Source: Candidatus Woesebacteria bacterium (GTDB lineage Bacteria > Patescibacteriota > Microgenomatia > UBA8517). Taken from it: DNA of 64,000 bases. The DNA is taken from positions 874,918-938,917 of the forward strand of contig CP066686.1 in NCBI GenBank assembly GCA_016432365.1. The letters are read 5' to 3'. How positions within the stretch are numbered: the first letter of the stretch is position 1; every line of letters starts with the position of its first letter. The translations under genes were made by a program, and so were the position numbers. The notes beneath the pieces were generated by a model. The model ran no database searches, was not told the origin of the DNA, and worked only from the letters and a program-made list of their open reading frames with translations. Shown piece after piece: positions 57,591-64,000 of the stretch.

Positions 57591-58622
57591 TCATATTTTA
57601 ATGATAATTATCAGTAAAATCCAGTGGACAATACTCAAGGGTTGAACCATTGAGTATGTTAAAAATGACAAAAGTGCAATTTTTTTGTTTATTTCAAGCC
57701 CAACAAATGTCTGATACAGAAATCCGAAAAATAAAATCAAGCCGACAATTCCGGACCACATGGTCACATCCAAAAACAAGTTGTGTGCGCGGTCAACTAT
57801 CAAATCCGATAAAGGAATGCCGCTCTTGACAAAAGCCTGATTAAAAACAAACTCACCGCTCTCCGCGCCGTAACCTAATATCGGTTTTTGTGAGATCTGA
57901 TTAACCGCCAGTTTCCAGATAATAGGCCTGTTTTCAAAAGGAGAAACCCCCTTTCCGATTGTAAAAATGTACAAAAATAAAACCATAGCCGGAATTAAAA
58001 CAATCAGAAAAGTTTTTTTTACGTTCCCCAAAAACGGAACTATTGCAAGAATTCCCGATCTTGATTGAGCCAAAAAAATTGTAAGAATAGGAACCAACAA
58101 TAATAATTTAGGGAAGGACTCAAAAACAAAATATGAACCGATTGCCAAAAATCCCGCTACCGCATTTGCCTCGCCAATTGTCCCAAGGGGGTGACCAAAA
58201 TATAATCTACCCCCAAAGAACTGAAAAATCACCACCACACATTCGATAAGAACCACTACTCCGACACTTTTAGTTAAAAGTTTTTTATGATCCTTATCGA
58301 GAAGTTCAACAGTTTTTCCGATCAACCATAAAGCAAGAAAAAAAATTACTCCCTCCTGTCTATAGCTTCCTCCCAAAAAAGATTCAAAAGGATGAATTCC
58401 GATAAAACTTGAGACTGAAAGGGTAAAAAGCCATGCAAGAAAAAAATAATCCGACTTGGAAAATGTAAAATATTTTTTGTATTTAAGCACCCTAAATATC
58501 CAAAAAATTATAAGCGGTACACTTCCTGTCAAAAAGTAGAAAACCTTTGGTCCTTCGTACAGACCTTTCCACACGACAAGGGGAAGCGCTGCTAAGTAAT
58601 AAATAAGGATGTCGTAAAGCAT
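57591..58622 (-). CDS. O-antigen ligase family protein
   Basis: GTIGEAN, SRSG, PILGYG, DRAHN. Confidence 0.85.
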   Translation of the reverse strand: MLYDILIYYLAALPLVVWKGLYEGPKVFYFLTGSVPLIIFWIFRVLKYKKYFTFSKSDYFFLAWLFTLSVSSFIGIHPFESFLGGSYRQEGVIFFLALWLIGKTVELLDKDHKKLLTKSVGVVVLIECVVVIFQFFGGRLYFGHPLGTIGEANAVAGFLAIGSYFVFESFPKLLLLVPILTIFLAQSRSGILAIVPFLGNVKKTFLIVLIPAMVLFLYIFTIGKGVSPFENRPIIWKLAVNQISQKPILGYGAESGEFVFNQAFVKSGIPLSDLIVDRAHNLFLDVTMWSGIVGLILFFGFLYQTFVGLEINKKIALLSFLTYSMVQPLSIVHWILLIIIIKI

Positions 58623-58705
58623 TACAATTAATTATATCCGATGCTTTTTTCTATTGTTTTGAAATAGCTATTGATAATAAATAATTACATGACTAATATT
58701 AATTA

Positions 58706-60547
58706 ATGGATTTTAAAACTAGGTTCAATTCTCTGCCTGTTTCAACCAAAAGACTTCTTGGAATAGGTGTTGTTTTGGCCCTTGCTGTTGCTCTCCCCCT
58801 CTTTATTTGGGCAATCATCACTCAAAGATTCCTTATTATTAAACGTGCTTCAAGTGGAGAACCAGGTGTTTGTCTGGCGCAAAATAAAGTTATTATTGTT
58901 ACTCCGGAATCTGACACGAATGGAACCTGTCACAATATTCAAACCGCGGTGGACGCAGTTACAGGTGACGGCTATACGGTTCAGATAGAACCCGGGACTT
59001 ACAACATAACATCAACAATTAACGTCAGCGGAAAAACAAACATAAATATTACCGGTAATTCACAAGCCGGCTCAGGTGCAGCCGTAATCAACTCAACTGC
59101 CGGTGGAGGGTGGGGATTCTTGGTAGACAGCTCATCCGGAACTATTCAATACCTTTCGATGCGGGGAGGAAGCTCAAACGGGATGTTAAGTGTAAAGAAT
59201 AGTAATAATTTTTCTGTAGCCTATACTAGCTTAAACTCTCAGTCATCTCACACTTTAGATGTTCAAGGATCAAACCATATCAGTATAATTAATAATGAAA
59301 TTGTAAGTTCCGCCGGAGCTGTTGAAGTTGGTACTTCGAACTATGTAAATGTAGCAAACAACAAGATCCACGACTCGGCAAACGCGATTTCGATCCATAA
59401 TTCTACAAATGTAAACGTGTTGGGAAATCTGGTTTACAATAACCGTGAATCGGGACTGACAATTAATGCTACCAACGGCTCAATTAGGCTTTTGAAGGTT
59501 AGCCACAATACTTTTGTAAACAACACCACAGGTAGTCCGAATTCTGCAACCATATTTTTGATAGGAAATTTCGGACGAAACCTGGAATTCAGTAACAACA
59601 TAGTTACTTCGAGTGTTGGGGCCGGAATTGACTCAAGAAGCAGACTCGCCTTTGATACATTTTCTTTCAACGATTTTTATAGAAATAACCCCAACTACAA
59701 ACAGTATCAAGTTATGACCGGAAGGTCGGGAAATATATCCGCTGATCCCCTACTCAATTCCGCCAACTTTATTTATTGTCCAAGTTCCAACTCTCCTGTT
59801 ATTTATGGAAACGTTGCAAACGGTAGATATATGGGTTACATGGGACCATGTGGGACAGCAACTCCAACCCCGACACCTACACCTACCGGAACACCCACCC
59901 CTACACCAACCGGATATCCCAGTCCAACACCCTCACCTTCGGCGACGCCAACGGCAACTCCGGGTGTGACTCCTCCCCCAACTGTAAGACCATTCGAAAT
60001 ATTGCTAAAGTTTGACGGTGTCACCGATGGTTCGGCTGACCTCGCAAAAGTAACCGTAAGGTTTATTAATTCAGCATTCGGCAACTCCCTTGGACTAACC
60101 ACACCGGCGCTCCCGGTCAATTATGTTGATAGTGGGGTCTACAGATTACCGTTTGGTGTTTGGTCATCCGACCTTGTCTCCCTTTCAAATTATTCGATTG
60201 TACTAAAAGGAGAAAAGCACTTGGGTGTAAAATTCTGCGCTCCAAGCGGACAAACAACTCATTGTTCAGGAAGTGAAACAGGAAGCATCTCGCTTCCCAA
60301 TGACCCGTTGCAAATGGTTTCCCTGGACTTTACAGGGATTTCTCTTCCCGCAGGAGACACTTATCCACAAGACGGAGTTGTCAATTCTGTCGACTACGAC
60401 AGAGTAAGAAGTTTATTTAGCAAACCGGATTCCGAATTAACAACTACTGACAAACTCACAGGCGACCTTAATTACGATGGGTTCATCGATATTAGGGATT
60501 CATTCCTAATTAGAAAAACATTAGGAACCAGATACGATGAAAATTAA
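58706..60547 (+). CDS. surface protein: TM, parallel beta-helix (pectin-lyase-like), PT linker, dockerin-like C-terminus
   Basis: IQTAVD..PGTY start, Asn-rich beta-helix repeats, DGVVNSVD and GDLNYDGFIDIRD loops. Confidence 0.8.
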   Translation: MDFKTRFNSLPVSTKRLLGIGVVLALAVALPLFIWAIITQRFLIIKRASSGEPGVCLAQNKVIIVTPESDTNGTCHNIQTAVDAVTGDGYTVQIEPGTYNITSTINVSGKTNINITGNSQAGSGAAVINSTAGGGWGFLVDSSSGTIQYLSMRGGSSNGMLSVKNSNNFSVAYTSLNSQSSHTLDVQGSNHISIINNEIVSSAGAVEVGTSNYVNVANNKIHDSANAISIHNSTNVNVLGNLVYNNRESGLTINATNGSIRLLKVSHNTFVNNTTGSPNSATIFLIGNFGRNLEFSNNIVTSSVGAGIDSRSRLAFDTFSFNDFYRNNPNYKQYQVMTGRSGNISADPLLNSANFIYCPSSNSPVIYGNVANGRYMGYMGPCGTATPTPTPTPTGTPTPTPTGYPSPTPSPSATPTATPGVTPPPTVRPFEILLKFDGVTDGSADLAKVTVRFINSAFGNSLGLTTPALPVNYVDSGVYRLPFGVWSSDLVSLSNYSIVLKGEKHLGVKFCAPSGQTTHCSGSETGSISLPNDPLQMVSLDFTGISLPAGDTYPQDGVVNSVDYDRVRSLFSKPDSELTTTDKLTGDLNYDGFIDIRDSFLIRKTLGTRYDEN

Positions 60548-61589
60548 ATTTTTTCTTAAAACTTTATTTGTTTCCTGCCTTTTTTTTGTGGCAAGCGGAC
60601 TTACAGGTCAGGTTTACGCAGCCCCCAGAATTTATTTTGAGCCTGCAACATACTCCACTTCTAAAAACACGGATTTCCAAATAAATCTTAAAATTGACGT
60701 TGAAAGCAAATCTTCAACAGGCGCAAAAGTTACTCTGAACTTTCCGTCTGACACCATAACTTTTAAAGATCCTGCAAACGGAGGGTTTTTTAGTGATTTT
60801 TCATTTTCCCGAAGCGATGGGAAAATTGTAATCAATGCCCAACCGGCATTGGGAGATAGTAAATCAGGAAACGGAACTTTGGCTGTTTTGACTTTAAATT
60901 CAAATAAAGACACAGGAACCGGAGCAGTTAGCATCACCTGTTCAGGGAGTGGCAACGATAGTTTTATTCTTGATTCAACTGGCGCAAACATCTTGGATTG
61001 CGGATCTATCAATCAATTGAGCCTTACCTACTCTTCAAGCAGCTCTGGTGGAAATTCCGGAGACGGGCCAACAAACGCCTGTGGAGGAACTTGCGGAAGT
61101 GTATACAATTGCAATTCCGGACTATTCTGCTATCAGGGTTTTTGTAGAAACCCGGATTGCCGAACAGACTTGACCTGCGGTTGCAAAAGTCCTACACCTT
61201 CGCCTTCTGCAAAACCCAAGACTCCGACTCCAACAATAAAACCGTCGTCGACCCCCACAGTCGTGACTCTAACCCAATTTACTCCGTTACCTTCATCTAC
61301 TCCTTCGGCCACACCGGTTTCTAGTGGTAGCGGATCAGGTCTAAACCTGCAAAGTGTGGCTCTTTGGGCTGGACTAGGGATCTTGGGCCTTGCTATATTG
61401 TTTGCCATTATCGGGATGATCAAAAGCAGAAATAAACCGCCCAAAATAACTCCTCCGGAAACAACAACGACGACGACAACCACAACCGAAGTGACCACAC
61501 CTTCATCCCTCAATACTCCGCCTGAGCCGCCGGCTGTTCCACAACCACCACCCATGCCTCCAGTCGAACCCCCTCCTGCCACTTTTTAA
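60537..61589 (+). CDS. surface protein: signal peptide, cohesin-like domain, Cys-rich module, PT linker, TM, Pro-rich tail
   Basis: IYFEP...FQINLKID...SGNGTLAVLT pattern; 8-Cys module. Confidence 0.75.
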   Translation: MKIKFFLKTLFVSCLFFVASGLTGQVYAAPRIYFEPATYSTSKNTDFQINLKIDVESKSSTGAKVTLNFPSDTITFKDPANGGFFSDFSFSRSDGKIVINAQPALGDSKSGNGTLAVLTLNSNKDTGTGAVSITCSGSGNDSFILDSTGANILDCGSINQLSLTYSSSSSGGNSGDGPTNACGGTCGSVYNCNSGLFCYQGFCRNPDCRTDLTCGCKSPTPSPSAKPKTPTPTIKPSSTPTVVTLTQFTPLPSSTPSATPVSSGSGSGLNLQSVALWAGLGILGLAILFAIIGMIKSRNKPPKITPPETTTTTTTTTEVTTPSSLNTPPEPPAVPQPPPMPPVEPPPATF

Positions 61590-61652
61590 ATTTCCGATTT
61601 TTGTGTTAAAATGGAAACCAAGAAAGATAGGTGATTTTATCAGACTATAAAA

Positions 61653-61847
61653 ATGTTCATACTCAAAAAGAATAAAGGCGAAAGCGATGACAAGCTAATT
61701 GCCCGCTTCCGCAAAAAAACCATTGTAGAAGGTGTAATGCAAGAATATCGCGACCGCGAACACTACAAAAAACCTTCTGAAAAAAGGAAAGAGGCCAAAT
61801 ACAGGATTGCCCACTCTATTGAATTGGAGAAAAAGAGGCACTTCTAA
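61653..61847 (+). CDS. rpsU: 30S ribosomal protein S21
   Basis: GES.DKLI.RFRKK...R.HYKKPSE. Confidence 0.9.
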   Translation: MFILKKNKGESDDKLIARFRKKTIVEGVMQEYRDREHYKKPSEKRKEAKYRIAHSIELEKKRHF

Positions 61848-61865
61848 TTTTGCATAGCAAAAATT

Positions 61866-61975
61866 AAATTCGAAAATCCAAATCCGAAATTCGAAACAGT
61901 CCTCAAGTTCCAAAGTTTTAAATTTGGAACATTTTTGATTTTGAATTTGTTTAGGATTTCGGATTTCGTGCTTCG
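61866..61975 (-). repeat. heptamer-periodic hairpin element, family A copy 2
   Basis: reverse complement of 17566-17673; supplies the rnhB stop codon. Confidence 0.85.
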
Positions 61976-62778
61976 AGTTTAGAACTCCAAGTGTTGACGA
62001 AGGCTTTTCTGTGTAATTTGGTCATTCCATGTTTTTTGATGGCTTTTTGATGTTCTTTTGTGCCGTAACCCTTGTTTTTACCCCATTTGTAAATCCTGAA
62101 TTTTGAATTATTTGATAATTTTGTCATCAAACTATCTCGATAAACTTTAGCTATAATTGAGGCCGCCGCGATTGAAATTGATTTCGTGTCCCCTTTGACA
62201 ATCGCCTTCTGATTTCTACGTCTTAAACCCTTTACATAAGGTATGTAAAAAGCATCTATTAGAAGATAGTCAATCGAAGTCTGATGTGAGAAATTTGAAG
62301 TTTGAATAGGAAATATGAATTTAGAATTATGAATTTTGAGTTTTCGGGCCTCAGACTTCATTTTTCGAACTTCGTTATCCCGCTTCGCTTCTCTGTCTTC
62401 CAAATTCTTACTGGCCACTTTGATCGCCAATCGGAAAGCTATCTCACTCGCCTTTTTGGTCCCAAATTTATTTATCTGAGCAACACTCGCCTGACCAATT
62501 CCAACTGCGAGTGCGTTTTCCCTTATCCACTTATCCGCGATCTCTCTTTGTTTCGGAGACAGTCGCTTTGAATCATTGATAATTATCTGATTATTTGCAT
62601 ATTTGCTTTTCAGCGCAGCTGACGACATTCGCTTATTGAAGACGGCGCATCCGGCTACAACCGGACCTGCAAAACAGCCCCGGCCCACCTCGTCTACTCC
62701 GGCAACGGTTTTAAAACCTCGTTTCCAAGCTTTTTTTTCGAAAGAGAAATCCGGTAATTCCATTTGTCGTTTTTTCAT
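61951..62778 (-). CDS. rnhB: ribonuclease HII with repeat-derived insertions
   Basis: GVDEVGRG..AGPV, DSK.L, KGD..SISIAAASIIAKV.RD, KGYGT. Confidence 0.96.
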   Translation of the reverse strand: MKKRQMELPDFSFEKKAWKRGFKTVAGVDEVGRGCFAGPVVAGCAVFNKRMSSAALKSKYANNQIIINDSKRLSPKQREIADKWIRENALAVGIGQASVAQINKFGTKKASEIAFRLAIKVASKNLEDREAKRDNEVRKMKSEARKLKIHNSKFIFPIQTSNFSHQTSIDYLLIDAFYIPYVKGLRRRNQKAIVKGDTKSISIAAASIIAKVYRDSLMTKLSNNSKFRIYKWGKNKGYGTKEHQKAIKKHGMTKLHRKAFVNTWSSKLEARNPKS

Positions 62779-62821
62779 TGCCTTGATTATACTACCCGCA
62801 ATCTGTTACAATTTAGCTTCG

Positions 62822-63007
62822 ATGAAACAAATTTTCAACTTCTTTTCTGAGGTTAAAATCGAGCTTTCCAAGGTAACTTGGCCTAAAAGAGACGACGTTA
62901 TAAAGCTCACCTTGATAGTATTCGCTGTCTCAGCTATAATTGGAGCCTACGTCGGAGGTTTAGACTTTTTATTCACAAAACTTCTAGCGTTAATTGTTAC
63001 TAAATAA
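62822..63007 (+). CDS. secE: preprotein translocase SecE
   Basis: ELSKVTWP plus single TM, upstream of nusG. Confidence 0.95.
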   Translation: MKQIFNFFSEVKIELSKVTWPKRDDVIKLTLIVFAVSAIIGAYVGGLDFLFTKLLALIVTK

Positions 63008-63010
63008 TAT

Positions 63011-63637
63011 ATGGCAGACGATCAAAAACAGGAGGATATAACCCAAATTGCTGAGCGTGGAACCGGAAAAAAGAAGATCCCCGGTCACATGGTAATTGCT
63101 CAAACAGAAGATCCCAAGGCTAAATGGTATGTGGTCCATACCTCCTCAGGACACGAAGTTCGTGTTATGGAGACTCTTAGACAAAGGGTTGAAACGATGA
63201 ACCTTGTTGGCCGAATATTCGAAATGCTTGTCCCCACTCAAGATAGAGTCATCATCCGCGGTGGTAAAAAGGCCACAATCAAAGAAAAGATTTTCCCGGG
63301 ATACCTTCTGGTTAAAATGATTTTAGACGACCCAACCTGGTTGGCAGTTCGCACCACAGCAGGAATTACCGGATTTGTAGGCGCAGGCAACAACCCGACA
63401 CCTTTGTCCGAAACCGAAGTTGCCAACATTCAAAAGTTTGTCAGCTCCCCGGCTCCCAGGTTCAAAACCAAATTTACAGTTGGAGAAGCTGTCAAAATCA
63501 CCGACGGACCTTTCAGCGATTTTCTTGGAACGATTCACGAAATGGACGATGAAAAAGGTAAAGTTAAAGTTTTGGTAAGCATTTTCGGACGAGAAACCCC
63601 AGTCGAGCTTGACTTCTTGCAAATCCAAAAAGTATAA
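63011..63637 (+). CDS. nusG: transcription termination/antitermination factor NusG
   Basis: WYVVHT.SG.E, FPGY, GPF, SIFGRETPVEL. Confidence 0.98.
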   Translation: MADDQKQEDITQIAERGTGKKKIPGHMVIAQTEDPKAKWYVVHTSSGHEVRVMETLRQRVETMNLVGRIFEMLVPTQDRVIIRGGKKATIKEKIFPGYLLVKMILDDPTWLAVRTTAGITGFVGAGNNPTPLSETEVANIQKFVSSPAPRFKTKFTVGEAVKITDGPFSDFLGTIHEMDDEKGKVKVLVSIFGRETPVELDFLQIQKV

Positions 63638-63639
63638 GT

Positions 63640-63906
63640 TTATTTGTAGAATATTTCCCCTGTTTGAGGATTGATCGAAGAGAGTCTTTGTGTCTCACCA
63701 TCGCTACGCTTTAACAAAACTCCGAATTTTCCTGTTTTTGGTTCAAAAACACGAACTAATGTGCTCCCATATACTCCTTCAGTTTTGTCTTCTATGGCCA
63801 CGACCTCAAGGACTTCTGTAGCTTTTCCAAATGGAGTATGCTCTAAAGTATCTCCAATGTTTATATCACCTGTCTTAATTCTTTCTGCCACAAGCGGATC
63901 ATACAT
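63640..63906 (-). CDS. hypothetical protein
   Basis: 88 aa ORF convergent with nusG. Confidence 0.5.
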   Translation of the reverse strand: MYDPLVAERIKTGDINIGDTLEHTPFGKATEVLEVVAIEDKTEGVYGSTLVRVFEPKTGKFGVLLKRSDGETQRLSSINPQTGEIFYK

Positions 63907-64000
63907 GTTCCTTATTGAAGAATCAACGTAGATTTGTTACAATGGCCATACCTCGGAACAATCTGAGGAAGACGCAGGTCGAAACTTCTTTTAGTTTCTC

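Noticed and set aside
7079-61582. Numerous antisense or alternate-frame ORFs within recognised genes (e.g. 7079..7462, 25270..25788, 26393..26827, 61133..61582)
   Set aside because: Fully overlap better-supported CDSs and lack motifs or start signals.
1-64000. Alternative genetic code (UGA recoding)
   Set aside because: TGA terminates full-length cysS, mreB and def; genes are intact under code 11.
63930-64000. Possible structured ribosomal-protein leader or decayed nusG end duplicate
   Set aside because: Truncated by the window edge and similarity too weak to support.

Overview
AT-rich (roughly 40% GC by eye) chromosomal segment that looks like a Candidate Phyla Radiation / Patescibacteria genome, most likely Microgenomates. 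This is inferred from the short EF-Ts, editing-domain-less ProRS, ThyX, DprA, cohesin/dockerin and Pro/Thr-rich surface proteins, and many orphan ORFs. Standard code 11. It carries housekeeping blocks: ychF; pyrG; prs; cysS-recR-ybaB-dnaX-ybeY; proS-rseP-frr-tsf-rpsB; a thymidylate/folate cluster ftcD-tmk-tdk-thyX-dCMP deaminase; topA-dprA-pbp2-mreB; def-fmt; rpmB; rpmG; gmd; rpsU-rnhB-secE-nusG. It also has four tRNAs, a probable 6S RNA and single orphan genes wedged between core genes. No integrase, transposase or CRISPR array is visible. The most striking unexplained structure is a dense population of tiny non-autonomous repeat elements of two kinds: 7/8/9-bp-periodic AT-rich hairpins, and ~30-nt GC-rich palindromes with GNA-type mini-hairpins. 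They sit at gene junctions, supply stop codons, and are translated in frame inside essential proteins (YchF, CysS, RecR, DnaX, TopA, Def, RnhB, O-antigen ligase). Also notable: two one-gene cassettes bounded by direct repeats (one duplicating the 3' end of a neighbouring gene), locally duplicated tRNA-Thr fragments, and pervasive leaderless gene starts.
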